A stretch of DNA of 64,000 nucleotides from Candidatus Gottesmanbacteria bacterium (lineage in GTDB: Bacteria; Patescibacteriota; Microgenomatia; UBA10105; UBA927): the NCBI GenBank assembly GCA_030679255.1, contig JAUXTO010000013.1, forward strand, positions 190,189-254,188. The letters are read 5' to 3'. Position 1 is the stretch's first letter. Each line of letters starts with the position of its first letter. Under the pieces are notes generated by a model. The model ran no database searches and had not been told where the DNA came from. It saw only the letters and a program-made list of their open reading frames with translations. Shown piece by piece: positions 37,555 to 47,500 of this stretch. A program made the translations under genes and the position numbers.

Positions 37555-39177
37555 ATGTTACTCGATGCGTCCCACCTATCTAAATCAATTGGATCAAAGG
37601 ATCTTTTCACGGATCTGACTTTTGCCATTGATTCCGGGGAAAAAATTGCCCTTATCGGACGTAATGGGCAAGGAAAAACAACATTACTGAAAATACTTGC
37701 GGGTGAAGATACCGACTTTGGTGGGACGGTAATCGCGCGAAAAAATCTCCGGGCAACTCTCACCAAGCAGGAACATGTTGAAGATGTCCAACAATCAGCG
37801 CTGACATACATTCTCAAAAATGTACCTAATTATTATATACTCGAAAAAATACTCCATGATTTTGAACAGGGGCTTCTCACGGATATTCATCGTTACTCCG
37901 AAGCATTAGATACGTTTACCCAAAAAGGGTATTTCAATACAAAAGAATTGATACTCAGGACTCTTTCGAGCTTTCAACTATCCAATGAGCAGGCCCATCT
38001 GCCTCTAAGCGCGCTCTCGGGTGGAGAAAAACGTTATGTGGAATTGACCCGACTCATGTATTCCCAATCTGATCTTTTCCTCATCGACGAACCGACCAAT
38101 CATATGGATTATTTGGGAAAAGAACAATTTATTTCCTGGATGCAAGAGACTCACGAAAGTGTAGTCGTCGTAACGCACGACCGGGACGTATTACGTCACG
38201 TCACAAAAATAATTGAATTAAAAGATAAAATGATCTCCGTATATCATGGAAACTACGACCAGTATCTCGCTCAAAATGCATCACAAACGACCAATTCCGT
38301 CAAACAGTACTCCGACCAATTAAACCGTCTGAAAGAAGCGAAAAAACGGGTCGAATGGGGTCTCCAGATGCGGGCAAAAAGCAAAGAATGGAAGACGCGG
38401 TATGATCACTGGCTCCGGGATTACGAAAAAATTAAATCGGAAACTATCAAACCCTCTTTCTGGATAGACCAGGATTCCGCTGAATTACTTGATAAAAAAG
38501 TATTGGATTCTTATCACAAATTTAAAGAAAAAAATATTTCGATCGCCATCCATGCCAATAGTGAACGGACCAGTGAGCTCGTCTCAGTGAAGAATCTTTC
38601 ATTAGGATATCGTTCGCTCTTGTTTTCAGGATTAACGTTTTCGATAAAAAATAATGACCGTGTTTTTATTAAAGGAAAAAATGGCGCCGGGAAAAGCACC
38701 ATAGTCCGAACGATCCTGTCCTTATCTAAACAGGAAATTCCAAACGCCAAACAATTTGCAGGCGAAATGAGACTGGGTACAACCCTCCGTATAGGAGAGT
38801 ATGAGCAGGAAATCAGTGATACCTATCTGTCATTGACCCTAGAAGAAGCTATACTCCTCAACTATTCAACATTGGGAATTCCATTGGAAGACCGGCAGTT
38901 AAAAAGTTTATTAGCCCGGTATTTGTTTGACCCGATTATCGATGGACGACAAAAAATAATAAATCTTTCCGGCGGACAAAAGGCGCGGTTTCAACTCATG
39001 AAAATGTTCGCCGCAAAACCAAATCTCCTTGTATTAGACGAACCGACCAATCACTTGGATTTACCATCCATAGAAGAATTGGAAAAGGCACTGAACGGTT
39101 TTGATGGAGGAATCCTGTATATCACCCATGACACATACTTCACGAAACAAATAGGAGGAGAAGTCATCGAGATATAA
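37555..39177 (+). CDS. ABC-F family ATPase (two fused ABC domains, no TM)
   Basis: two Walker A/signature (LSGGEKRY, LSGGQKAR) sets with inter-domain linker. Confidence 0.8.
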   Translation: MLLDASHLSKSIGSKDLFTDLTFAIDSGEKIALIGRNGQGKTTLLKILAGEDTDFGGTVIARKNLRATLTKQEHVEDVQQSALTYILKNVPNYYILEKILHDFEQGLLTDIHRYSEALDTFTQKGYFNTKELILRTLSSFQLSNEQAHLPLSALSGGEKRYVELTRLMYSQSDLFLIDEPTNHMDYLGKEQFISWMQETHESVVVVTHDRDVLRHVTKIIELKDKMISVYHGNYDQYLAQNASQTTNSVKQYSDQLNRLKEAKKRVEWGLQMRAKSKEWKTRYDHWLRDYEKIKSETIKPSFWIDQDSAELLDKKVLDSYHKFKEKNISIAIHANSERTSELVSVKNLSLGYRSLLFSGLTFSIKNNDRVFIKGKNGAGKSTIVRTILSLSKQEIPNAKQFAGEMRLGTTLRIGEYEQEISDTYLSLTLEEAILLNYSTLGIPLEDRQLKSLLARYLFDPIIDGRQKIINLSGGQKARFQLMKMFAAKPNLLVLDEPTNHLDLPSIEELEKALNGFDGGILYITHDTYFTKQIGGEVIEI

Positions 39178-39187
39178 CAACTATCTC

Positions 39188-40162
39188 TTACTTTTTCTGC
39201 GTTGGAAAGAGAAACGCACGAAGCAATGATTGTAGTACTAATACAACGGGAACCGCAAGAACAGCCCCGACCACTCCTGCTAGTCTCGCCCCAACCATAA
39301 GTGCAAAGATCGTCACAATAGGTGAAAGTCCGACGCTTTTCTTAAGAACCAACGGCACAAATATATTATTTTCTACCTGTTGGACGATAAAATAGAGCGC
39401 TACCACCGAGAGCGCGAGAAAAGGCGATATGGTCAGGGCCACTAATACCGCAGGCACCGCAGAAACAATCGGACCGATCATCGGCACAATTTCGAGCACC
39501 CCGGCAATGATGGCGAGGGGGAGGGCAAATTCAACATGAAGGAGCGTAAGCCCCAGATACACCAACACGCCGATAAGTATCATGAGGAATAACTGACCAT
39601 TCACCCATGCCCCAAGGCGCGATTCGACTTCTTTCAGCGTCCTAATAATCCGATCAGCCGCCTCCTCTCCCATTGTATTGACGAGCATATCCTCGACCTT
39701 GCGGCGTTCGAGCAAAAAATAAAATGTAAACACTAACACAGTAAGTGTCGTGAGCAGATTGGAGAATATCCCAACGGTGAGTTTGACGATATTTTCACTA
39801 ATGGGGGCAATTTGTTGTGAGAGAGACCGCGCGTCGATATTCCAATACGGAAGTACTTTTTCCAAAAATGTCGGTAGTTCCTGGACAAACTTGGTGGATT
39901 GGATGACGAGTGTTGGTATAGTGCCTGCAAACGATACTCCAAAAAATCCAAACACGATGCCATAAATCAAGAGTATCGTCAGCACCCGTGGTATCCTGAC
40001 CCATGCCAACCAATCAACGAGAGGACGGAGTGCCGTCATGAGGATGAAGGCAATAAAAATGAGAAACAAAATATCTTTGATCTGAAAGAGCACCCAAAGG
40101 GCTAGGAGAAAAATCACGGTAAAAATGATGGTTTTATGGGAAATTTCGATTTTGGATGTCAT
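39188..40162 (-). CDS. AI-2E family transporter (UPF0118/PerM)
   Basis: 8-TM profile with long N-terminal TM hairpin. Confidence 0.65.
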   Translation of the reverse strand: MTSKIEISHKTIIFTVIFLLALWVLFQIKDILFLIFIAFILMTALRPLVDWLAWVRIPRVLTILLIYGIVFGFFGVSFAGTIPTLVIQSTKFVQELPTFLEKVLPYWNIDARSLSQQIAPISENIVKLTVGIFSNLLTTLTVLVFTFYFLLERRKVEDMLVNTMGEEAADRIIRTLKEVESRLGAWVNGQLFLMILIGVLVYLGLTLLHVEFALPLAIIAGVLEIVPMIGPIVSAVPAVLVALTISPFLALSVVALYFIVQQVENNIFVPLVLKKSVGLSPIVTIFALMVGARLAGVVGAVLAVPVVLVLQSLLRAFLFPTQKK

Positions 40163-40166
40163 ACGA

Positions 40167-41069
40167 TTAAGTATACCATTCTCTCACCAGTGCTTCTATA
40201 TCAGTCTGATAGTTTTTTTGTGTGATGTCAAACCAATGCACTCTTTGCTCTTTGCGGAACCATGTGAGTTGACGTTTGGCATAGGCAAACTCCTGAGAAG
40301 TCCATTGTATAACCGCTTCAGCCTCCTGTAATTGTCCCGCAACCACTCCCTGGACAATCGCAAGACCCAATGATGTGGCTGCGGGAAGCGTCGCATCATC
40401 AATCGTATTCCCAAGAGATCTCACTTCGTCCACAACACCATGGGCAAACCTCGCCCGCACACGTTGTTCTATATTTTTTTTCAATACTTCCAATGGTCCG
40501 GTCAATCCTATCCAGCAAGAATCATATGATGCATCCCGCGGATTATCATTTTTGGGGTGACTCTGATACCACTTGGCTACTTCGATTGCGCGCGCGAGCC
40601 GTCGTGGATTCGCGCGGTCAGAACTATTCATACTCCCCCATTTGGGTGGATCAAGAAATTGAAGTGTTTTTTGCAATTCCGGAAGAGTTTGTTTATATAC
40701 CGTATCTCTCAAAGAAATATTAGGAGGCACTAATACTGTGTCAATATGTTGAGTAACCGCGCGGATATACAATCCGGTTCCTCCGACGAGAATCGGTAAA
40801 TTTCCACGTATCTGGATACGATCGATGATTCCTCTCGCTAATTGTTGATACTGCGAAACACTGTACGGGACACGCATCTCAACGAGATCAGTGGCCCAAA
40901 TCTTTGTCCCATCAACGGGCAGGTCTTTGCCGGTCAAAATATTTAGGCCTTTATAGACATGACGGGAGTCTGCGCCAATAAGTTCACCATTAAATTTTTT
41001 TGCCAAATCGATAGCAATCTTGGTTTTGCCCGTCGCCGTAGGTCCACAAATGATGAGAAGTTTATTCAT
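40167..41069 (-). CDS. miaA: tRNA dimethylallyltransferase
   Basis: LLIICGPTATGKTKIAIDLA P-loop; start set at MNKLL because upstream ORF codons lie in the 34-bp palindrome. Confidence 0.85.
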   Translation of the reverse strand: MNKLLIICGPTATGKTKIAIDLAKKFNGELIGADSRHVYKGLNILTGKDLPVDGTKIWATDLVEMRVPYSVSQYQQLARGIIDRIQIRGNLPILVGGTGLYIRAVTQHIDTVLVPPNISLRDTVYKQTLPELQKTLQFLDPPKWGSMNSSDRANPRRLARAIEVAKWYQSHPKNDNPRDASYDSCWIGLTGPLEVLKKNIEQRVRARFAHGVVDEVRSLGNTIDDATLPAATSLGLAIVQGVVAGQLQEAEAVIQWTSQEFAYAKRQLTWFRKEQRVHWFDITQKNYQTDIEALVREWYT

Positions 41070-41088
41070 GTGATAGTACTGACTGACT

Positions 41089-41122
41089 ATCACAAAATTA
41101 TGCACGTGCATAATTTTGTGAT
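41089..41122. repeat. 34-bp perfect palindrome (copy 3), 20 bp upstream of miaA start
   Basis: exact repeat. Confidence 0.9.
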
Positions 41123-41129
41123 GATTATA

Positions 41130-42320
41130 TTAACTATATGTACCATTTCTAAGATTCGTCTTATTAATCAGTTCTTCCAAAATCTGCCACCTCCGCTTTT
41201 TTTCCGCGTGAGGGACGTCGTCGGAATACACCTTGTGGGCTGAGGTATGGGGTCGGTCAGAATACATCGCGACGTATGCTTTCGTAAATCCAACCTTTTT
41301 GGCAAGGGCCACGGTGTTCTCAAACTGGTCCACGGTCTCCCCACAAAAACCCACAATGATATCCGTCGACAACGTCACTCCTGGTACGTGCTCGCGTAAC
41401 TTTTTGACCAGAGTCAAATATTCTTCCCGGGTGTACCATCGGTTCATGCGGCGCAATACTTCGGTATCTCCGGACTGTACGGGCAAATGAATATGGCGGG
41501 AAATCTTTGCATTGCTGGCGATAACGCCAATAAGTTCGTCGGAAAAATCCCATGGATTACTGGATATAAAATCGATGAGTTTTAGGCCGTCTATCCTGCA
41601 AACTTCCTCAAGAAGATGAGGAAACAACGTGGGAATCCGTAATCTTCCAAGATGTTTGACATACGTTACTTTCTTCTCCATACCGGGCTTGACCCGGAAT
41701 CTATCACTCTTGAATCGACTGGATCCCGGCTCGGTGGCCGGGATGACAGACTGCGATGCAAAATCAGCACCATAGGAATTAACATTTTGACCTACTAATG
41801 TCACATATGACATGCCCTGGATGGCAACCGTCCGGCATTCGAGAAGAATATCTTCAAACGGACGGCTGACTTCCCGCCCGCGTGTAATCGGAACGACGCA
41901 AAATGTACAAAAGTTATTACATCCGTTCGTGATTAGCACAAGCGCGTGATCCTTGTCTGTCCGGATGGGTGCGTGATCAAATCCTACTTCTTCGATGGGA
42001 AGAAATTCGTCCACCGAGGGCATTTTTTTCTTGAGAAGCGTGAGCATCTTACCCGTTTTTTCCCGGGCTGCCATCCCGACCATGCAACCCGTGACAACAA
42101 TTTTGAGTTTTCTCCCCTTTTTCTTGGCTAATGATAAATTGTAAACTAAACCATACACGCGGTCTTCCGCTTTTTGACGGATCATGCAGGTATTGATCAC
42201 TACGTCGTCTGCAGAGCGGATTGAGCGGGCTTTGGTGTACCCTCTCGCTTCATAGTACCTTGCAATGCGTTCACTATCCGCCTCATTAGCGGCGCAGCCG
42301 AACGTGACAATCCAGTATTT
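41130..42320 (-). CDS. miaB: radical-SAM methylthiotransferase (MiaB-like)
   Basis: MKYWIVTFGCAANEADSE (UPF0004), CNNFCTFCVVP radical SAM CxxxCxxC, TRAM domain. Confidence 0.8.
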   Translation of the reverse strand, partial: KYWIVTFGCAANEADSERIARYYEARGYTKARSIRSADDVVINTCMIRQKAEDRVYGLVYNLSLAKKKGRKLKIVVTGCMVGMAAREKTGKMLTLLKKKMPSVDEFLPIEEVGFDHAPIRTDKDHALVLITNGCNNFCTFCVVPITRGREVSRPFEDILLECRTVAIQGMSYVTLVGQNVNSYGADFASQSVIPATEPGSSRFKSDRFRVKPGMEKKVTYVKHLGRLRIPTLFPHLLEEVCRIDGLKLIDFISSNPWDFSDELIGVIASNAKISRHIHLPVQSGDTEVLRRMNRWYTREEYLTLVKKLREHVPGVTLSTDIIVGFCGETVDQFENTVALAKKVGFTKAYVAMYSDRPHTSAHKVYSDDVPHAEKKRRWQILEELINKTNLRNGTYS

Positions 42321-42384
42321 CATACGTGGTATTGTATCATGAGCCAATACAATCATAGGAGTAATTAGGAGGAGTGAAGAGATA

Positions 42385-42867
42385 TTATGGGGCTTCGATA
42401 GTAAAAGATTCGAGCATGTTGCCCGAAGTATAGACGGCCGTATATGAGAGCACTTCTTTGGTCGTTGAAAACAGCCGGTTTCCTAGTAGTTTAATCTCAG
42501 CCAACACCTTGTCGTGCGAAAATATTTCCGAAGGCGTCAACCACACGAGTCTTCCTTCCGGACAGTTTTCCAGAACGTTACCTTTGTCATAATCGGCAAA
42601 CACAAAATGAAAATAAAATTCCTGATCCAGGTCCCGTAGATACGCGTTGCCGGTGGCTTTGATCCTGAGATTTTTTATACGGAGCCCCGTCTCTTCGAAG
42701 ACCTCCCTCCTAGCACAGGCAAAGAGTCCCTCATTAAACTCCCGTTTTCCTCCCGGGGCCATCAAAACTCCCGGCATGATCCGCTTCCCCGAGTCACGAT
42801 GAAGCATGAGATACTTCCCGTCCTTGTGGATAAAACACTCGAGAGTAACAGCTATATTACGGTTCAT
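42385..42867 (-). CDS. NUDIX hydrolase
   Basis: GGKREFNEGLFACARREVFEETGL Nudix box. Confidence 0.7.
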   Translation of the reverse strand: MNRNIAVTLECFIHKDGKYLMLHRDSGKRIMPGVLMAPGGKREFNEGLFACARREVFEETGLRIKNLRIKATGNAYLRDLDQEFYFHFVFADYDKGNVLENCPEGRLVWLTPSEIFSHDKVLAEIKLLGNRLFSTTKEVLSYTAVYTSGNMLESFTIEAP

Positions 42868-42927
42868 ATCAACATTGTAGCAATAACAAAAAATAATTTA
42901 TAGGAGTTTAAAGGAATTTAAAGGAGT

Positions 42928-43677
42928 TTATGAAAGAATGAACTTTTCTATGACGGTTGCAACGCCGTCCTCATCAACAGAAGGCGCGATAAAGTCTGCA
43001 ATTGCTTTGAGTTGCGGTACTGCATTTCCCATAGCGATTTTCAGACCACACGCGGAAAGTAGCGGATAATCATTATAACTATCCCCGACACCAATTATTT
43101 CATCTGTTCGTATTTTTAATAATTCTGCAATCCTTACAACCGCATGAAGTTTTGTCGCAAGCGCGTTTGACACTGATGCCCAGAATAAGCCTTTTTTAAA
43201 CGATGGATTTTTATGTACTGCGATACCTTGTATTTTTGTTAAGTGTTCTATCAGCTTATCAACAGTAGATTCTGATAAATCAGGCATTGCTATATCAGTC
43301 AGAGTATCCGGCCAGGGTCCCCCTGTATACTCATATTCTTTTTCCCCTTCACCGATAAGCACAACTTCGGGTTTGTATTGTTTTATTATCCTGTATGCCT
43401 GATCTGCAATGCCATGATCCAGAGAAATCGTGTCAATGATGGTGTCATCGGCTGCATTATATAATTGCGTCGAATCATGAACCGAACACAAGCTGTTAAG
43501 ACCTAATTCCTTGATCACGCGCTTGGCAATAAAAAGCGGTCTCCCCGTGGCAACGCAAACATGCGTCTGTTTTTGTGCCAGACCAATGGTTTCCAACACC
43601 CGAACGCTAGGATGAGAATCAATACCCAATGGAATGGTGGTACCATCCAAATCTAAAATAATCGCTTTATATTTCAT
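42928..43677 (-). CDS. Cof-type HAD-IIB hydrolase
   Basis: AIILDLDGT motif I, GDSYND motif IV. Confidence 0.7.
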   Translation of the reverse strand: MKYKAIILDLDGTTIPLGIDSHPSVRVLETIGLAQKQTHVCVATGRPLFIAKRVIKELGLNSLCSVHDSTQLYNAADDTIIDTISLDHGIADQAYRIIKQYKPEVVLIGEGEKEYEYTGGPWPDTLTDIAMPDLSESTVDKLIEHLTKIQGIAVHKNPSFKKGLFWASVSNALATKLHAVVRIAELLKIRTDEIIGVGDSYNDYPLLSACGLKIAMGNAVPQLKAIADFIAPSVDEDGVATVIEKFILS

Positions 43678-43759
43678 AACGGCATTGTAGCAATACCAAA
43701 GAATAATTTATAGGAGTTTAAAGGAGTTTAAGGGAATCTAGAAAAAAATGAACGACTAG

Positions 43760-44656
43760 TTATTCTTTTCCGACGATGACTTGGGCGTCGTAGGAGGAAT
43801 CGGCGGATAAATCTGCTGACGACGTGCCGAGCGTATAATCCGATGCAACGTCTTTCTTCAAAAGCTCAAGATATGCTTCTTTCCCCGCTTTGACGTGAAT
43901 CTCTGTTTTTTTGTACGTATATTCATCCGTGTTTCCTGTCGCTGCCACAGTGTATCCAATCTTTTCCAACAATGCTTTTGCCTTACTTGCCGATCCGGGT
44001 GTCCCTCCACCATTGAGGACTTGAACTGTAATATCGCCTCTGACGACTGCAGCCGGTGTAGGCATAGCAGTCGGAACTGGGGTAGGCGTGGGCGTGGGTT
44101 TAGAAAACAATGACGGAACCTTGGGCAATCCGCTTGCTACAACCAAAAGTATTCCGCCTGTGAGAAGTGCCACTCCGATGATAATGACAGCCCACAAAAA
44201 TACCGGAGCAGCACCAATCCGCTTCTGCTGGCCACTTTCTGGCAGGATATCAGAGGTTTTTTCTTTCGAAAATAATTCGGAGAGCATTTCTTTATTCTCC
44301 TCCTGTTTACCTTCGGCGCTTGCTGTGTCATCGGGAGATTCTTCAACGGGCGTCGTTTCATCGTTTTCGGGCTCATCATGAATCGGGTCCTCCAGCTTGT
44401 CCACAATCTCATGTTCCTTGGCCGCTTCGGCTTTCTCTTCCTTCTGCTCTTCCTGGATTTCCTCGACAACTTCTTCTATCTGTTCTGCTTTTTCTTTAAT
44501 CGTCTCAAGCGCTTCCTGGGATACGTCAACGCCTTCATTGACCGGCATCTCGGAAACACTCGACGCAGGCAATTCTTCTACAACCTGAGTGACAAATTGA
44601 GGTTTGGCAGCGTGCGATGCAACTTCTTTTGGTGCGGTCTTTTTCTTGGTTGGCAT
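43760..44656 (-). CDS. LytR_C domain membrane protein with acidic N-terminal region
   Basis: TM then ITVQVLNGGGTPGSASKAKALLEKIGYTVAATGN LytR_C-like. Confidence 0.5.
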   Translation of the reverse strand: MPTKKKTAPKEVASHAAKPQFVTQVVEELPASSVSEMPVNEGVDVSQEALETIKEKAEQIEEVVEEIQEEQKEEKAEAAKEHEIVDKLEDPIHDEPENDETTPVEESPDDTASAEGKQEENKEMLSELFSKEKTSDILPESGQQKRIGAAPVFLWAVIIIGVALLTGGILLVVASGLPKVPSLFSKPTPTPTPVPTAMPTPAAVVRGDITVQVLNGGGTPGSASKAKALLEKIGYTVAATGNTDEYTYKKTEIHVKAGKEAYLELLKKDVASDYTLGTSSADLSADSSYDAQVIVGKE

Positions 44657-44761
44657 ACTCTCTATAGTATTACAGATATTACCACAGGGTTCAAGTCCAA
44701 CGCGATGCCAATCTACGAATGCATGCTAATGCTACGAATGAAGTCAACACAACTGCGAAGT

Positions 44762-45553
44762 TTAACTGGAAGCAGAGGAATATTGGGTAAGGGCGTAATG
44801 CCAGACCTTAAGACAAAGAAGAAGAAACAATAAGCCTAAGGCAATAGAAAAAAGCGTCATCCATGGGGATAATAGCCCCATGAGAGCTTTAGCAGGAAAT
44901 GTCATCATGACTCCGACGGGAATGACAAAGGTCATGATGCTACGCAGTGGCTCGTGATATACATCTGTAGGAATCCGCCCCATGCTGACAACATCCCGGA
45001 ATATCATAATGGCGTGATCCACTTCTGTAGCAAGAATCCCCAATGCTAACACAAGGATATGAAACCCGGTGGAGATAATAAGTCCGTTGATAAAAAGCAA
45101 TATATAAAATACAACATTCACCCCGTGGATATCTCCTAGTCTTCCTCCGGTATATATCACGGCGGCGATATACAGAGGAAGCATGCCTAAATCCAACGGA
45201 TCAGCTCCACCGACGAGTGCCCGCAGGAGCGGACTCATGGGTTTGACGAGGGCAAAATCAAAATCTCCGCTGACGATCAGCGGACGGAAACGGTATACTT
45301 CACGGAAAAAAAGCTGTGCTATCGTATCGACAAGGGAAAACGATAAATAGAAAAAAATCATTTGATGAGATGAGTACCCTGCGAGCGTTTCGGTCCTGGT
45401 AAATATGGTAATAAGAAACAGGAGAAAAAATAAGAAACGCAATAATTTTCCCACAAAAAATACTCCCGCATTAAACCGGCTGGTGAGCGAAATCATAAAT
45501 GAGCTTACCGTCAGTTTCCACCAAATCCGGATGTAGAGATTCAGACGTTTCAT
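44762..45553 (-). CDS. ABC-2 family transporter permease
   Basis: 6-TM ~260 aa, paralogue of the three neighbours. Confidence 0.55.
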   Translation of the reverse strand: MKRLNLYIRIWWKLTVSSFMISLTSRFNAGVFFVGKLLRFLFFLLFLITIFTRTETLAGYSSHQMIFFYLSFSLVDTIAQLFFREVYRFRPLIVSGDFDFALVKPMSPLLRALVGGADPLDLGMLPLYIAAVIYTGGRLGDIHGVNVVFYILLFINGLIISTGFHILVLALGILATEVDHAIMIFRDVVSMGRIPTDVYHEPLRSIMTFVIPVGVMMTFPAKALMGLLSPWMTLFSIALGLLFLLLCLKVWHYALTQYSSASS

Positions 45554-45555
45554 AG

Positions 45556-46350
45556 TTATTTCCCCTCAGCAGTATACGCGCGGAGTCCCCTGTTCCAAAC
45601 GATGACTGCCAACCACCATAATCCGGCGGTCCATACGAACCCAATCGAAAAACCCTGCAGTATTTCGATTGGCGTTAATTGCCCAAGATATACTTTGAGC
45701 GGAAAATAGATGAAATAGAAAAACGGAAGGCTTTTGGCTATGAGATAAAGGGGGCCGGACAGAATATCCAACGGAAATAAAGCACCGGTAAAAAACTCGG
45801 CGAACACAAACGAAAGGAACCGGGGTGCCCATACATCTGGAGTCCAAAAACCCATATACGAGATAAGGAGACTAAAATAAAAAAACAGTATCATGCCCAT
45901 GACGAGAGCGGCAAAAAAGAAAAGAATCATCACTATATCCGTCTGAATAAAAAGCTGCGGCCGGAGTAAAAAATAGAGCACGACAATTTCAAATACAGCA
46001 AAGAGAACATTTAATAATTTGTCGGCTACATCACGGCTCGCACAAAAACCTAAAAAATTCATGGGCCGCACAAGATAATTGGATAAACTCCCGCTCCTAA
46101 TATACTCCGCCACTTCCTGCGTCCGGGTCCCCATCACGAACGGGCGGACAAATGAGCTGAAGAGAACATACGTAAGCATCGCACCCTGCGAATATCCGAA
46201 AAGATTATTGTGTCCGGAAAAAAGTGCCCACCACATGAAATAGACGACGAGAAGCTGTACGACCAAACGCACACGCCAGAGAATAAAACTCAAGCGATAG
46301 GTGGCGTATTCATCTATGGTTCCCTTTATGATTTGTAAATAAACGTTCAT
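45556..46350 (-). CDS. ABC-2 family transporter permease
   Basis: 6-TM profile. Confidence 0.55.
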   Translation of the reverse strand: MNVYLQIIKGTIDEYATYRLSFILWRVRLVVQLLVVYFMWWALFSGHNNLFGYSQGAMLTYVLFSSFVRPFVMGTRTQEVAEYIRSGSLSNYLVRPMNFLGFCASRDVADKLLNVLFAVFEIVVLYFLLRPQLFIQTDIVMILFFFAALVMGMILFFYFSLLISYMGFWTPDVWAPRFLSFVFAEFFTGALFPLDILSGPLYLIAKSLPFFYFIYFPLKVYLGQLTPIEILQGFSIGFVWTAGLWWLAVIVWNRGLRAYTAEGK

Positions 46351-46447
46351 GCTCTGATCATACTATATCGCAAACCCGAATAAGACGGTGATAATAAAGC
46401 AGCTTTATTTCTTTACGCTTAGCGGTCATTTGCCAGAAGGAGTATGT

Positions 46448-46558
46448 ATGAGCACAATACAAAATCCTGTTTTATTTGCCTATACATTGGGATTCCTTTT
46501 TACGAGCATCTTGGTTCTCTATATATATCTTGATACTCGTAACGCAAGAAAAAATTAA
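46448..46558 (+). CDS. candidate 36-aa single-TM peptide
   Basis: AAGGAG SD 5 nt upstream; hydrophobic core, basic C-terminus; antisense to operon. Confidence 0.3.
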   Translation: MSTIQNPVLFAYTLGFLFTSILVLYIYLDTRNARKN

Positions 46559-46564
46559 ACTCCT

Positions 46565-46651
46565 ATGACATTGGAAAACATCGTCTATGTGCTTGCCGCA
46601 ATTTTCGGCGTCATAGCCGTCTATATCGTCTTCTTTAAAATGGGCCGATAA
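46565..46651 (+). CDS. candidate 28-aa single-TM peptide
   Basis: immediately downstream of previous; hydrophobic. Confidence 0.2.
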   Translation: MTLENIVYVLAAIFGVIAVYIVFFKMGR

Positions 46652-46709
46652 TGTATTGGGATCCCTCGACACTGAGCGTAGTCGAAGTGCTCAGGATGAC
46701 AGAAGTCTG

Positions 46710-47498
46710 TCAGCTACTCGCGCTCGTGTAGGAACGCAGGGCAAAACGCCAAAATGCACGGGAGAACGCAAACAATCCCACAGCCAATAGTCCTATGGTA
46801 ACGAGCTCGCCCCACCCCAAACGGCCCAGGAGTGCTTTTGTCGGGAGTGTGATAATAAGGGTGAGCGGAAATAGAAACAAAAATACGTATTGGCTCACCT
46901 GACGCATAATTTCCTGCGGGTACCGAGCCGCCCCGGTGATTGTGAACATAAGCTCAGCTAAATTATGAAGCCTGGTAAACCAAACGGTGAATGTGATGAC
47001 CATAAACCAAAGGGAATACAAGGTCACGAGTCCTAAAACCGCGAGTACCACAAAACCAGCGATCCGGGAAAAAGAAAGAGACATATGCATCATCGTAACA
47101 ATGTATATCGTATATCCAATCGCGATAATGGTCCGGGAAATACTCGCGTACCCAAACAACCAGAACGAAACAAGAAACTGTGAATCCATGGGCTTAACAA
47201 GGATGCTATCCAGTTGTCCATGATGAATAATTTCAGAAAACCGTTCAAAATTCTTGGAAAACTGCATATGAAAAAGACTTATGATAATACCGTATGCCCC
47301 GTTGAGAAGCAGCATCTCCTCCCGTTTCCATCCGAATATCATGGTGGATTTAGACGTAAGGAGCACAATTGAGTACAGGGAAAAACTCCCCCAAGCGAGA
47401 CTTGCGAGCATACTATTATAAAAATTTCCCCGGTAACCAGCGAGCATGGAAAAATTCATCTTTAATAGCATCCTGTATACGGAAAAATATCGCTTCAT
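46710..47498 (-). CDS. ABC-2 family transporter permease
   Basis: 6-TM profile. Confidence 0.55.
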   Translation of the reverse strand: MKRYFSVYRMLLKMNFSMLAGYRGNFYNSMLASLAWGSFSLYSIVLLTSKSTMIFGWKREEMLLLNGAYGIIISLFHMQFSKNFERFSEIIHHGQLDSILVKPMDSQFLVSFWLFGYASISRTIIAIGYTIYIVTMMHMSLSFSRIAGFVVLAVLGLVTLYSLWFMVITFTVWFTRLHNLAELMFTITGAARYPQEIMRQVSQYVFLFLFPLTLIITLPTKALLGRLGWGELVTIGLLAVGLFAFSRAFWRFALRSYTSASS

Positions 47499-47500
47499 AA

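Noticed and set aside
44655-44715. GGTTCAAGTCC T-loop-like motif suggesting a tRNA
   Set aside because: No complementary T-stem, acceptor stem or anticodon arm could be built; the 5' part is the start codon region of the LytR_C gene.
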